NCBI RefSeq assembly: GCF_009914755.1
Contig: NC_060934.1
DNA length: 64,000 bases
Direction: 5' to 3' (one strand)
Source of the DNA: the human T2T-CHM13v2.0 reference genome, Homo sapiens
Made by a program: the position numbers and the translations under genes
Shown here: piece after piece, positions 1 through 14,693 of the stretch
Layout: the number at the start of each line of letters is the position of its first letter
Numbering within the stretch: position 1 is the first letter of the stretch
Notes under the pieces: model-generated
What the model saw: the letters and a program-made list of their open reading frames with translations, nothing else
Told to the model about the DNA's origin: nothing
Database searches by the model: none

Positions 1-486
1 GGATCGAGGGCATAATGAGTCCAGCGTGGCTTTGGGCATGTCTTATACTCTGGGTGTAAGTGTTTGCATCTGTGAAATATGCCGTTAGAACGCTCTGTCT
101 TTTGTTTCCTTTGTGACCCTAGGACTCCATCAGCTCCTATATGTGAAGAGTGGAACATCAGATTTGAAGCCTGATTGCAACTTGAAGGCCTCATCTAATC
201 ACACAGCTTGTGTGCCTGGGCCCTGAGTGGTATTGGCCTAAAGCATAATGCAATTCACCCTGCATTTACATTCCTCTTCATCTGATTTGCCGGAGAATCT
301 GGATTTGTTAAGGATCTCAGCTTATTTTCCTCAGGCAGATGCTCTTAGTTTCTCAGCAATCCAGCAGTGGTTACAGAGCCTGGGTCTGTAGGAGATGAGG
401 GGCCCAGCACTGGAGGGGGGGCTACCTTGGAAGACAGCTCCTCCCATCCCCACTGATTTTTCAAGTCAACGGGGGTAATGGTTTCA

Positions 487-911
<425 letters not shown>

Positions 912-1149
912 TTAATGGAGATCTCCAGGGACACGGATGAGTGAAAAGAGGTTTTATGCATTGATGAAAGCCTTTAAAATCCCCAAATCTGTTCAGAACT
1001 AGTGAAAGATGGAGAGGTTGGAAACTAGAAATTGGCTTTTGGCACCTCTGAGTCTCTCCAGCTGAGCCCAGCCACCAAACACCCTTATGGCTTCTCCCAG
1101 ATCAGCCTTGAGTGATGAAGCCAACAGGGAGGGAGCTGCTGATGGAGGA

Positions 1150-1169
1150 GGGAGAGGGATGGGAGGGGG
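1150..1169 (+). other. Canonical G-quadruplex motif GGGagaGGGatGGGaGGGGG within a purine-rich tract
   Basis: Four G3+ runs with loops of 1-3 nt. Confidence 0.5.
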
Positions 1170-2762
1170 AGAAAGAGGAAAGGAAGGAGGGGCTGGGGGA
1201 CACTGACAAAACCCCGGCTAGGCTGCTCCCAGGGGCTGAGGCTCTGGAAAACAAATTTGGAAACATTATCCCATATCCCACAAGATCTCCATTGAAGACA
1301 TTAAGCCCAGAGGCCCAAAGGGACCCATTGAAGAGACAAGGCCAGAGCCAGGGATCTTGAAGGCTCAGCCGTTCCGGTGAAATCAAAACAGCATGAGCCA
1401 AACAGCTCATGAAGAGATAAGGGATTAGACCACGCTCAAAACCATGTGAAGATGAGGAACTTGCTAACATTCTTGAGTTCCCCATAGAAAATGGGCTTGT
1501 TCAACTCAGGAATGAACTGTGAAATGCTGAATTCTACTCTGGGGTCTCTGATGAAGCATAAAAAGCCAAAAAATTCTTCCACAACCCATTTGGGGGAAAT
1601 GGCACATGAACTCACTCTCTACTGCTCCAGGGCTGGCTACACAGCAGACCCCACAGCCCTGCATTTGTTTGTGATTGCACCCGAGTTGTGAGTTCAGGAG
1701 ATTTTTAAATCCACTGATAAAATGAGTTCTTATTGGAATTCAGAAATTAAACATGAACCAGGGGGTATTTTTATTGTACTTTTCCCTTTACTGGTAAAGT
1801 CTTTTCATCTTGAATTGGATCCCAATTTTTCACTGGGAAGCTGCCATCCAGCCTTGCAGGAAAAAAAAAAAAAATTAAAAATTAAGCAAAGAAAGCTTGA
1901 GGCAACTATAAGTAGTGGAGTATAAGTAATACCATCAGAAAGGAAGTTGTGGGTGGACATGGGGCAGGTTCCTTGCTGTTAGGGGATGCATGGGTCAAGG
2001 ACTGGGTTGGGGGCACTCATACTTTATGCTGAACATTCAAAAAATCACTACCTGGAACACCACGGTTCACACCAAGGTTCCCCAGCCAGCGCATTATGAA
2101 CATAATCTGAGCTCCCCAGAAGACTGTCTCAATTTTTTCCAAGTATGTTTTCAGTTAGAAAGTGAATTTTAATACTAGGCAGAGGGCAAGGCCTTTTAGG
2201 GATCTCTCAGAATCCTGAAATGCTGAAAAGCCACCCACAGAAGTTCATCATCCACCCCCTGCAGCAGTGACTCATACTTATGTGTTAACATGAGCTCGTG
2301 TGCTCTGCTTTCATGTTCTCAGGAGTCAGAAATGACTCTATAAGATGTGGCATTATTAGCCGGGAGGGTTTGGTGGCATGGGGCCCGTCAGAACCAGGGA
2401 GATGGGAAGATTCTTATCAATGGAGAGCTCAAGAGACAAGTTCTGGACCCAGATCCCTCAGGGCTGTGGGGAAGGGACTGGGCACTGGGAAACAGGAGGC
2501 CAAGAGCAGGTGCTCCCCTGAAACTCTCATTTTCTTAGCCCTTCATCTGGTACTGGAGCCCCTGGGGGTCAGATATCTGTCTGCTCCCTCTAAATTGGTT
2601 ACGAAATGGCCAGGACATCAACGTGATCTACCCCAAGAAGTCCACTTGATGATGCTCCAGCTTCACTATACGAGATCCCCTCTGGAGTGAAGCGCAGAGA
2701 TCCAGGCTGCTGACTTATGTTTCTTCCTTCCCTCTTGTCTTTCATGAGTGCTGCCCTTGTCA

Positions 2763-3100
<338 letters not shown>

Positions 3101-3411
3101 GGCTGGGGGGAGTTCCTACTCTTCCTTCACCCTCAGACTAACCACCACCCAATGGGGTTCAAAGTTTGTGAGTGTTGTCCTTCTGAGAATACACACTGTT
3201 CATCTCTTGGTGTGAGGCTAATTGAACAGAAACACAATGGTTAATATTAATCAGAAAATTGGGAAACGAACAGAGAAGAAAATACTGGTGAAAGTGGAAG
3301 GTTTGGGACAGAGTAGAAAAAATGAATTGAATTAGTTAGGGTAATTTTAGATGCTATAAAAATATAAACTGTTAAATTTTAATGGCTTCACACACTAGAA
3401 ATTTATTTCTA

Positions 3412-3710
3412 GGCCGGGCGCTGTGGCTCACACCTGTAATCCCAGCACTTTGGGAGGCTGAGGCAGGCGGATCACGAGGTCAGGAGATCGAGACCATTCT
3501 GGCTAACACGGTGAAACCCCGTCTCTAATAAAAATACAAAAAAAAATTAGCCAGGCGCGGTGGCGGGTGCCTGTAGTCCTAGCTACTCAGGAGGCTGAAG
3601 CAGGAGAATGGTGTGAACCCGGGAGGCGGAGCTTGCAGTGAGCTGAGATCGCGCCACTGTGCTCCGGCTTGGGCGAAAGAGCGAGACTCCGTCTCAAAAA
3701 AAAAAAAAAA
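3412..3710 (+). mobile_element. Alu (AluY/Sc-like) with TSD agaaatttatttcta
   Basis: Alu consensus; direct repeat on both flanks. Confidence 0.95.
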
Positions 3711-3815
3711 GAAATTTATTTCTAGCTGTTGAGCAGTTTGATGCAGGTATTTTTGGTTGAGCCAAGACTTGCCACAGTGTAGCAATCAGGATACCTGGTT
3801 CTCTCTCTCTCTCTC

Positions 3816-4100
3816 TTTTTTTTTTTTTTTGAGATGGAGTCTTGTTCTGTTGTCCAGGCTGGAGTGCAGTGGCGTGATCTTGGCCTCCTCCTCCCAGGTT
3901 CAAGTGATTCTCCTGCTTCAGCCTCCTGAATAGCTGGGACTACAGGCGTGTGACACCACGCCCAGCTAATTTTTTTTATTTTTAGTAGAGATGTGGTTTC
4001 ACTGTGTTAGCCAGGATGGTCTCCATCTCCTGACCTCGTGATCTGCCTGCCTTGGCCTCCCAAAGTGCTGGGGTTATAGGTGTGAGCCACTGCACCTGGC
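3816..4100 (-). mobile_element. Alu (AluSc/Y-like) with small internal deletion
   Basis: Reverse Alu consensus; degenerate TSD ggatacYtggttct. Confidence 0.93.
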
Positions 4101-4229
4101 TGGGATACTTGGTTCTTTTCATCTTGTGGTCCGACGGCCTTGGAGAAGGAGAAGGTGTGGAGAAGGCATCCCCAGTTCCTGAATGCCTGGACTGGAAGTG
4201 ACAAAGATCATTTCCACCCACATTCCCAT

Positions 4230-4720
4230 TCCAGTTCTTTATTGATGTGTAACAAATCACCCCAAACTTGGTGCATTACAGCAGTGACAACATCTGTTTT
4301 CCCCATGAATTTGCAATTTGGGCAGGGCTTGGTGGGGACTGCTTGCTTCTCTTCCACTTGGTGTCTCCCAGGATTGCTCAAAGGCAGGGGTGGAGGTATT
4401 GGACAACTCACCAGCCCCTCCCCTTCACCTCAAAGGCTGGTGTCTCTGTGTACGTCAACTGTGGCCATAGCCAGGACACCCACACTTGGACTTTTCATGT
4501 GGCTGCTGGGCTGCCTCACACCTTGGTGGCTGGGTTCCAAGAGTGTCCCAACAGGCCTGGACGGAAGCTGTATCACCTTTTGTGACTTGGCCTGATAAGC
4601 CTCACAAGCTTACCCAGATTGAAAGGGAGAGAACATAGAGACCATGGCTTATTACAGGAGTGCAACATCATATTATGAAACAATATGAAGTGGGAGTTAC
4701 TGGTGTGGTCGACTATAGGG
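4230..4720 (-). mobile_element. MaLR LTR (MLT1-type), degraded
   Basis: aacaaatcaccccaaactt...tttgggcagggcttggtgggga motifs typical of MLT1. Confidence 0.65.
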
Positions 4721-6530
4721 AATCTGTCACAATTCCTTTGGTGAGAACTAGTCATATGAGGCCACCCAGATGCAAGATGAGTTAGACCGTATAGCCGTAG
4801 CTGGGCAGCCACTTCAGAGTGGCAATGATGGCAGGAAAGCCTATTTTGGTTGTAGCGAGTGACCTCTGACTCATGCAATAAGGAGCTTTTTCACTTCATG
4901 AATGGGTCCATTGTAACGCTCACTGGTCAAATGGAGACATCTGCAAAGACACTTTGTAGGGTGCTGGCAGAGATACCAGCACCACGCTGTGAGCTCTTGA
5001 GTCTCTGTTTGAAGGGAAAGTGTGACCACATGGTTCCCAGACAGTGTTCTGATGTTCCGACACTCTCCACTTTTAACACATCCCAATGGAAGTGGACCAG
5101 GCCAGGCCGACCTTAGGCTCAGCTTGACAGCTGCAGAAATGTAGCAAGGCAGACAGATACTCTGTCATGGGCTCTGTCCTCACCAGCCATTTTCTTGTCC
5201 TCTGATCCTCTCATTTATAGAGCTTCTCTGACTTCCTGTGGCAGTAAAACATTTCAGTGATAAAAGTAACACTCTAGAACATTCATTCATCCATTTAGTT
5301 AACAAATTTAATGAGCACTTACTATGTGCCAGGCACAGTGCTGGGCACTAGAGAGACACTGCGAATTCGACCAGAAGGACAGTGTTACCATGCCGCAGGT
5401 GCTGTGCCTGGTTTCACCTGCAGTTCAGCGTGGGGTATGCTGTAATGCATAAAGACAAGGTGGCTAGGCAGCAGACAGTCTAGTGACTTCCACAGTATAC
5501 TGGCGGTGCAGCAATTAACCTAATTAAACTGCCTAACTGGTAAACTCATGCTCCTTGTGTCAGATGGATAAATCATCAACGATGAAAGATGAAATGATGG
5601 AGATATTCTTCATACACTTATCTGGGGGCAATTAATTATAACAGTCTGGAATGGCATTTGTGCCTTGCAATACGGAGGCAGCTGAAGAAATTATGTATGT
5701 ACTGCTGCAACTAATTTGCATTTAATTGTAATCGGCATTCATTTAGGGTCCTGGCAGCTGAGCTGCACACTGTGTCACCCAGACACTTCAGCAGATCACA
5801 AAGTTACCCTATGAGTGTTTCAGGGATGCCGACTGCATTTGTAACAAGTGGCATTTTGGCATACAAGAATCGTCTTTCTTCAAAAAAGAGATGAACCATG
5901 AAAGAAATGTCAAAATTGGGAATGGAGAAAATTGCTGGGTGCTTTTGGAAAATACTTCTCCCCACCTACCCTTGAAAAAAAATCCCAGACCCTCTTTTAT
6001 CCTTCCTTTCAGCTGTAGCAGTAGAACGAAAGCATGTTTTTCTAAATTGGCAGGGAATGAGTGGTATTTGAACAAAGGACACATCAAATGTGGGACAACT
6101 TCATAGGAAGAGCTTAACAGAAAGAATAAAGAAAACAGAAGCCCAAACCCTTGATGGTTTTGATGCCTGCCAAGGGAGAAGACTTCATTGGCCATTTTGG
6201 CCATGATGAATCCTTGTTTTTCAGGAAGTTGGAAGCCACCCTATAGGACGTGCCTCATTTAAGTGTATAAGTTGGGGCCGTAGAAATAAAAGACTAAAAA
6301 ATTATTCATACACAGGGCTTCTGTGTTCAACTGTATGCTGTCGCTTTTGAAGGACTTATCTTGGATGGTTCTAGGCTTACCTTGACTTTCATTTCTCAAA
6401 GCGTTGTTTGGAATTCCTCCATAGACATGAAGGCTTTTTTTTTTTTTTTTTTTAGTATTTTAGCTCTAAAATAATTTAGAACCACATCTGAGGAATAGGA
6501 TAGATATGCAAGCTGAATCTAATATAGGTG

Positions 6531-6950
6531 TGTGATCGTTTGGATGTTTGTCCCCTCCAAACCTTGTGTTGGAATGAGATCCCCAGAGCTGGAGGTGGGG
6601 CCTGGTGGGAGGTGTCTTTGTTGTGGGGGCAGATCCCTCATGAATGGCCTGGTGCCTTCCCCGAACTAATGAGTGAGTCCTGGCTCTGTTAGTTCACTCG
6701 AGAGCTGGTTGTTTAAAAGATCCTGGCATCTCCTCCCCTCTCTCTTACTTCCTTTCTTCCCATGTGACATGCCTGCTCCCCCTTCACCTTCTGCCATGAG
6801 TAAAAGCTTCTTGAGGCCTCACCAGAAGCTGAGCAGATGCTGGTGCCATGCTTATACAGCCTGCAGAACCGTGAGCCAAATAAACCTCTTTTCCTTATAA
6901 ACTGCCCAGTTTCAGGTATTCTTTTATAGCAATGTGAAATGGACCAACAC
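6531..6950 (+). mobile_element. MaLR solo LTR (MST family)
   Basis: Starts tg..tttggatgtttgtcccctccaaa; ends aataaacctcttttccttataaa...tttatagcaatg...aca. Confidence 0.85.
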
Positions 6951-7254
6951 TGTGTATGTGTTTCCCATATGTGTGTGTTCGTAATAATAAGAGACGTGCC
7001 ACAATGAGATGAATTATATCATTAATGTCAATAAGTTTATGTGGATTTTAAGTTGGCTCGGAAGGCATTTATTGAAGAGTGCTACCCAACTTGTTGAAAA
7101 GATATTGCCATTGCCGGACATTGCTTGTGACCTAACAATTCCCTTGTTTTATTTGGCCATGGAATCCTTTCTTTATATATTTTGATTAACACCCTTGTAA
7201 ACACAATTCCTCAAAACATCATTTGGGAAATGCTGAACCACAGCAATCACAAAG

Positions 7255-7785
7255 AAAAGAATTAAAAGCAGGGACTTAAGCAGATATTGTACACCCATGT
7301 TTATAGCTACATTATACACAATAGTCAAAAGTTAGAAACAACTCAAATGTTCATTGATGAATGAATGAATAAATAGAAGATGGTATATACATACAGTGGA
7401 ATATTTTTCAGTCTTACAAAGGAATGAAATTCTGATACATGTTGCAACATGGGTGAACCTCAAAAACATGCTTATCTAAATATACCAGACACAAAAGGAT
7501 AAATACCATGTGATTCCACTTATATGAGGTACCTACAGTAGTCAAATTCATAGAGACAGAAAGTAGAATGGTGATTTACAGGCACTGGGGCGAGGGAGGA
7601 ATGGAAAGTTGTTTAATGGGTAGAGTTTTCATATTGGATGAAAAAGTTATGGAACTGGCTTGTGAAGTGGTTGTACAACATTGTGAATGTACTTAATGCC
7701 ATTAAGTCGTGCACTTAAAAAATGTTTAAAGCGGCAAAGTTTGTGTGATATGTGTTTTTCCATAATTTAAAAAAAGAAAAGAAAA
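7255..7785 (+). mobile_element. Old L1 3' end (L1MB-like)
   Basis: Typical L1M 3' sequence (tgattccacttatatgaggtacctacagtagtcaaattcatagagacagaaagtagaatgg) with A-tail. Confidence 0.85.
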
Positions 7786-7828
7786 AGGAATAATTAGAGA
7801 ATACGAATGAAGCTATGGAGATTAAAAC

Positions 7829-8132
<304 letters not shown>

Positions 8133-8169
8133 AAAACTAGAATATCTCCTCTTACAGCATTTTATTACA

Positions 8170-8610
8170 AAGGTTAGAAGAGGGAAATGGATTTTTTTAA
8201 AAAAACAGACATGGAAAATAGAAAATGAAAAACTGGAAAATCAGAATTGAATGAGGAAATCCAAGATCTGATGGACAGGAATTCCAGAAACAGGAAATAA
8301 GAAAATAGAGTGCACAGAATTATTAAAATATTAATACAAGAAAACTTCCCAGAGCTGATGGACACAAGTTTCTAGATTGAAATAGCCCATAATATGCTGA
8401 GAACATATCAAAGACTGAAAATACGCCTACATAGAGACGTAGCATCATGGAACCTGTGGTCATGGAATGACCTAAAAGATTCCAGAAATCAGCCTTAAAA
8501 GAAGGATTAGGAAAAAGAATAGTACTGGATTTTCCAACAGCAACACCATGAGCCACAAGGCAATGGACCAAAGCCTTCCACATGCAAAGGGAAAATGATT
8601 TCCAACCTAA
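8170..8610 (+). mobile_element. Ancient L1 ORF1-region fragment
   Basis: A-rich remnant with aagaaaacttcccagagctga and agacaatgga-like motifs. Confidence 0.55.
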
Positions 8611-8611
8611 A

Positions 8612-8914
8612 ATTATTATTATTATTATTTTTGAGATGGAGTTTCACTCTTGTTGCCCAGGTTGGAGAGCAATGGTGTGATCTCGGCTCACCACAACCTC
8701 CACCTCCTGGGTTCAAGTGATTCTTCTGCCTAGCCTCCCGAGTAGCTGGGATTACAGGCACGTGATACCACGCCTGGGACTGATTTTGTATTTTTAATAG
8801 AGACAGGGTTTCTCCATGTTGGTCAGTCTGGTCTCGAACTCGTGACCTCAGGTGATCTGCCCACCTGGGCCTCCCAAAGTGCTGGGATTATAGGCGTGAG
8901 CCACCGTGCCTGGC
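8612..8914 (-). mobile_element. Alu (AluSp/Sq-like)
   Basis: Reverse Alu consensus, (TTA)n tail, TSD cctaaaatt. Confidence 0.94.
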
Positions 8915-10087
8915 CCCAGCCTAAAATTCTATGCTTAGCTGAAAGATTGATAAGAAAATGCTGGTCATCCTCTTGCAGTTGGCACTAAATTCATGTAAGA
9001 TTATTTGTTCTTTAAGGCTCTGTTCTGCAGGCCAGTCAATGTGAGGATGTTTGCTATCAAACACTTTTTCAAAGCATTTTTAGTTCATCTGTTCTTTCGT
9101 TCAGCCCTTAGAGAGGTCATGTAGTAGCAGAGAAGGAATTCAGAGAACTGGCTCAACTTCCTTTTGCCATCGTTTTATTTTTGAGCCTGTGTGTTCTAGA
9201 TCCTGTGACTTCTTGTTTCTTGGTTTAATCTCTCATTTGGCAAGATCATATCCTCCAACAGCTGCAGAGATATGGAAAATATGAGTACCTACACATCAGC
9301 AAATGTCTTTAGTCTATAATTAAATTTGACAGTACATTAAGAAACATAGGATCCCAAAGCAGAGGAGCCCAAGAACGACAGCGATGCCTGTCTTGTTCTT
9401 TATTGGCCAGTTTGCCCCATGCGGGCATCCCAGGGCCTGTAGGCTTTGAGCAAGCGAGATCCTTGAACATCACTGAAGTCTGGGAGGGATGGGAGAAGCA
9501 GACCCTCCAAGGGATCTGGTCATGTGGGGCCAGGGCATGGGATCTATAGTTCTTCGTGCTTCAGCTCCCACCACGGCAGGTGCCAGGAGAGAAGCTGAGT
9601 CCACTGGAGAGGAAGCAATGGCTAGGGTACTAGGCTGTGCACTGAGCTCTCCGCTGAGAGCCTCGGAGGTGGAGAGTGGATGGGAGAGAGGGCACAACAA
9701 AAATTGGGGTGGTGCAATCAAGTTTATTACACTTCCCCCTCCCAACCAAACCCATCCTCTGAGAAGTAACCCTGTTCAACAGCTTAGCTTGGAAATATTA
9801 ACATCTCTGATTGTTGGTCAGGAAGCATGATGCCATTTTTATCTTTTTCATCTAAACAAAGTCAAACAAAACCTCTCTCTCTTCAGGGCAAACAACCTTG
9901 ACAGATGGGTTTCCTGGGCAACTGTAGGCACCTTGAGTATTTTCTTCAGTGCGGTTACCTCTGTACCTGACACTCAGTCAATGTTGCTTGAGTGGACAAG
10001 TGAATGACTGTCCAGCATCAATACATTCCTGTTGATTTGTTAGATGAGGAGACCATAAGGAAAAAAAAAAGTCACATCATGTGGATC

Positions 10088-10280
10088 AGTTGTTCTCAAA
10101 CTTGAGCATGCACAAGCATTGCGTGGGGAAGATTGTGAAAACTGCAGGCCTTGGTTTCCAGTGTTAAAGTTTCCAATTCCGTCGATCTGGGGTGGAGAGG
10201 AGAATTTGCATTTTTAAAAACAAACATCTCAGGTGAGTCTGGTGCAGGTGGTGTGGAGACCACATTAAGAGAAGCAATGC
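10088..10280. mobile_element. MER5-type DNA transposon remnant
   Basis: cagtNgttctcaaactt...atttgcatttttaa...accacattNagaa termini. Confidence 0.7.
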
Positions 10281-10660
10281 TGAAAGTGCTGGTCATTTGT
10301 GGCATGTTGCCTTAGGGATGTGAATGGTAGAAAAAGACCATGTTTTATGTTTACTCCCAGCAAGGGCCACACCTACAGGACACAGCTGCAGATACCACAT
10401 TTGCCTTCCTATCCACCTGACATTGGAGAGAACTTGCTACTGAAAAAGGAACTTGACCATTATTGCAACAAATGACCTGTAAATACACAGTGTGAGCTAT
10501 CCACACAGTGTGGGCTGAGACATGCCGAAGTCCTATATCACTCCCAAATATCTCTCATCCTATGGCATTTTATCCCATAGGCATTTATTAGGTACTTACT
10601 TTGTGCCAGGCACTGTGTTCAGTTCTGGAGACAACAGGTGTTTCAGAAATATAAGTCTTG

Positions 10661-10800
10661 AGCCAGGCAGCGTGGTGCACACCTCTAGTTCCAGCTACTT
10701 GGGAAGCTAAGCCTGGAGGATCACTTGAGCCCAGGAGTTCGAGGCCAGCCTGGGCAACATAATGAGATCCTGTCTCTAAAAAATAAAAAATAAGAAAAAG
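10661..10800 (+). mobile_element. Alu monomer (FLAM)
   Basis: Single-arm Alu with A-rich tail. Confidence 0.85.
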
Positions 10801-13800
10801 ATATAAAGGTTTTTGAAATCTTTTATCATATTTGTACTTTCTTTGGGCAAGAATGCAACCACGTTCCCTGTGAATCTAGTAGCAAGACGAGTGAGCATGA
10901 AGTCAGCAATGGTGAGTGGATGAAGGGTAGTAGAAGGTGTGAACCAGAAAAAACTGATTTTGTTAACCAACCTCAGTGAAACTGTGGAGAACCCATGTTT
11001 TCTAAGATCCCACGCTCTGAGAAAGTTTGCTGTTTGGTTCGCTTTGATGGGAAAGGGCAGCCCGTTCTTGTGGAGGGGCCAAGCCTCATGGGTCACTTTG
11101 ACATAGGGAAGCAGCCTCGGTTTCCAAACCAGACGATAAGAAGTTTGAACACAACATTCCACAGTTATCTTAACTTTGCTGTTTCCAAGGAAACAGGACC
11201 CTGAGTCCAAGTCTTAGACCTGCTGGTTATCAGACTATGATGTTCCCAATAGAATCTACAAAGAAAAAAAAAGTTCGTGATGGGACTTGGCCAAGACCAC
11301 ATAAATTTACAGCGTGCCTCCCAGGCCATCCCACAGCTGCAGAGGGATGGGCAACCTCTGTCCTTTTGAGCAATTATTGCTTTCCTACCTAATGGCGACT
11401 TCTTTCCCAGTGACTCCCTCAGCCCCACTTCACTCTTCTTCCTCCTGAATAATGATTGCTGCATACCTAGTTTCTAAACGCCTGTTCTTCATGGCAGCGT
11501 CCAATATAGAGCTTTCCATCTTCCCTAGCCCCTCTTAAAAATCATTCTGCACAAGCCCAAAACCCATAACAAGCCCCGCTGCAACCCCATCTTAATGAGA
11601 TGCTCCACAATTCCCGTGGTGTTCCATCAACCTTGTCGTAGCTGGTTAACAAACCTATTTTTTTTTTTTTTTTGGCCACAAGTATGTTCTTAGTAATCCT
11701 TATTTGATGGACTTTATCAAAGGGTAGAGGTTGGCAAAGATGGGATTCTTCTCCTTCAAGAGGTACATGTTTTGCAACCAGATTTCTGAGAAGACTTAAT
11801 AGTAACAAGCCCCGAGTTGCAGTGTTTGCCAGCCTTTGTGGTGTAACTACTCAACATTCTGGTCAATTTCAAGCTACCAGCATGATGCCATTTTGAACAC
11901 AGAGTTGGGAAGAGATGCACTCAATCAGCTTTTGGGGGTCTTCACAAGTTGGCTTCAGCAAACCACTGTCCCCAACTTACCCATCTTTCTCAAACAAGAA
12001 CTTTTTTTTCTCATGGAGTTTTCCAGATTTGTTTCTCCACAGAGTAGCTTATGATCTTGTATCCCCCTGAACTTGAGCAAGGAATCTGGTGCTAAGCTGA
12101 TGTATAAGCAGGTTCTGAGGAATGTCATGACAAATAGACATCACCAACACAGATCCTGCATGTAAAAATTGACGAATGGGAAACAGCCCAGAGATTCAGA
12201 GACTAGTAAACGCCCATTCATATAGTTACCGTTGGTTGCTTCTTGGAAGGTAGCTTCACAGCTAGGACTGAAGCCCCATGGTTTCATCTTAGAGAAGAGA
12301 TACACACCCTCTTAGGTATCAACATGAGCTCATCTTGCTTTGGCCCAGGCTTAATGAAAGCCTTGAGAAAGACCTGGCTTTTTTTTTTTAATCATACAAA
12401 GAAAATTATCTTTGTGGAATATCTGTGAAGTGATTATAGATAATGGTCCACGATCTGATGGCTACAAGTTCAGCCACTTGGCTGAGAAACGAATTCCCTA
12501 TCTGCTACTCCAAGACCTCATTATGTGCTCACGCTGGCAAATTGGTAACGAAAAGACTTAAAAAGTTTCTGAGAGCAAAGCAGCTCCTTTCTTAGCCTGA
12601 CTGGCCTACAGAGCAGGGCCCTTGGGAGCAGAGAACTAAATTCAATGCAAATTTCAAACAAGATTACCAGTGGCTTCTCATCCTCCTGGAAGTTTGAGAA
12701 TGTGTAGACTGTACAAAGCCAACAGACAAAGATGGAAACACCGTAACTGAAGGGAGGAAAAAAGAAAATGGTTTAGGCTAGGCTAAGAAGGTTGGTATTA
12801 TTTTTCTAAAGAGGCATAAGCTCCTTTGACAAGAATACAAAGGAAATGGATCTTACTTTCAGTTCAGCACTTTACTCAGCAAACTCGTGTAGTATCTTTC
12901 TTGTGCTGGAGAAATCAGAATGAAACTCTGTGTCTACTGAGAGAGATGGGTATGGGAGGCAGTTACTTGCTTCTTTGCTGTCACATCCAGTCCTTGGCCA
13001 TTCTCTGAAATCTGCATTTCCCAGATAGCCTTAGCAACAGGCGTTGGTCTCTGTTTAAGGCCGTGGGGACACTGGCTTGAGATTGGAGGATGGGTATTGG
13101 GTAGATGGTGGGAGAATCATCCCCATCTCTCTTTGCTTCAGGTGGTGTTCCAGTGATCCTAGTTCCACTGGACCAGATCTAGCCAGGGAGCCTTGACTGC
13201 TGGGCTCTGGTAACAGCTTATGCTTTACCTTTGTTCTTTTAGCCCTGTGACTGCTAGCAGCTTCCTAGTGTAACTAAAATCTGAGATGCCCCCTTACGTC
13301 TTCTTTGGTTTATTCACTCTCTCAACATCTTTGTAACTGGCTTATTGCATTAAATTCCTCCTGTTGAACTACCTGGAAAGGGCTTTATTTTATTGACCAT
13401 AGCCTGACAAATACAGAAAACAAATACATAATTTAATTATAATATGATGCTGCTATAAATAGCGCCTGTACAAGGCCCTCTGGAGACACAGATGGTGGCT
13501 GTCTCTCTCTCTCTCACTTGCGGGGACAAAGAAGAATCTCATTGAATGGAAAATTTGAGCTGCAGCTCCAAGAATGAGTAGAAAATCCCAAGGGAATGGG
13601 GAGGGAGTATTCCAGGCATTTTCCAGAAGTATGGCAACGTGACAAAATACGAAGTTTTAGAGGAATGGCAAATACTCACCAACCATTGAATAATGGGTCA
13701 AACACAAAACAAGCAGACTACTCAGAGCTTAGATATTCAGATTTCAGTTTTTATGCCTGTCGGCATCACTAATGCCACAGAAGCCTCAAATTCCCCTGGA

Positions 13801-14646
13801 CTTGGAGAATGGAAGGGATCACCTGAAAATCGCTGGAAAACTTAGGACTCTGTCCTCCTTCTCTACCAATGCAAAGGGCTATTCGCCTTACTAGCAATCT
13901 CTGGGGAAACTTTAAACAATGTATTTGCAAATGATACTTATTTAAAATCTTTAAACTGCAAGACACTATTGTTGGAAATCAGATTGTCATCTTCTGAAAG
14001 ATTCACTTCTTACTTGCCTCTCTTCTGCAAGAGTGAAGGGTCGGGAAGAGACTTCCGAAGTCACTGATGAACAAAATAAACCAGGGCTTGGAAAGGGCCC
14101 AGAGAACATCTGTTTAGTCTTTTTCTTTTGGTAGTGACAAAAATGGTGTCTAAGACTTAATCATCACCCCTTCCTAAAATACACACATATGGGAAGCAAT
14201 GGTGGTCTTTCTGCTCTGGGGGTGGTTCACAGCTTTCAGTTTGGAGCTGAAGACTGCCACCACACACACCATTCTCATTAAAGCAGAATGACTTGCTTGC
14301 CTTCAAGGATGATATTTCCATTTCTATGCTTTAGTGCATCTTTCTGTAGTAGCAGAGAATGGTGTATTTTCAAATATGCTCCCTGTTCATGTATCACTTA
14401 ATGCTCTCACAAGACCGTGATCAGCTGGCACAAATGGAAAGAGTTCAGTTACTTGCCCAGAAATCTCCAATAGACACTCATCAAGACCAGGGATCGCACC
14501 CAGGTCTCTATTTTTGGCAGGCACATTTTCTGCCACTCCATAGCCCTTTTTGGGATAGCCACTTTTGTTGCAAATTCATATCCTGTGAGAGCTCCAGGGC
14601 CAACACTCCATTAAAAACACAAGAGCTGTCAGGTTGGCCCTGTGAC

Positions 14647-14649
<3 letters not shown>

Positions 14650-14692
<43 letters not shown>
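14650..14692. repeat. (CT)n microsatellite
   Basis: Seen directly. Confidence 0.95.

Positions 14693-14693
<1 letters not shown>

Noticed and set aside
10776-11210. 144-aa minus-strand ORF in unique-looking DNA
   Set aside because: No recognisable homology, non-ATG start, runs into a FLAM tail; a tBLASTn search would be needed to reopen it as a pseudogene fragment
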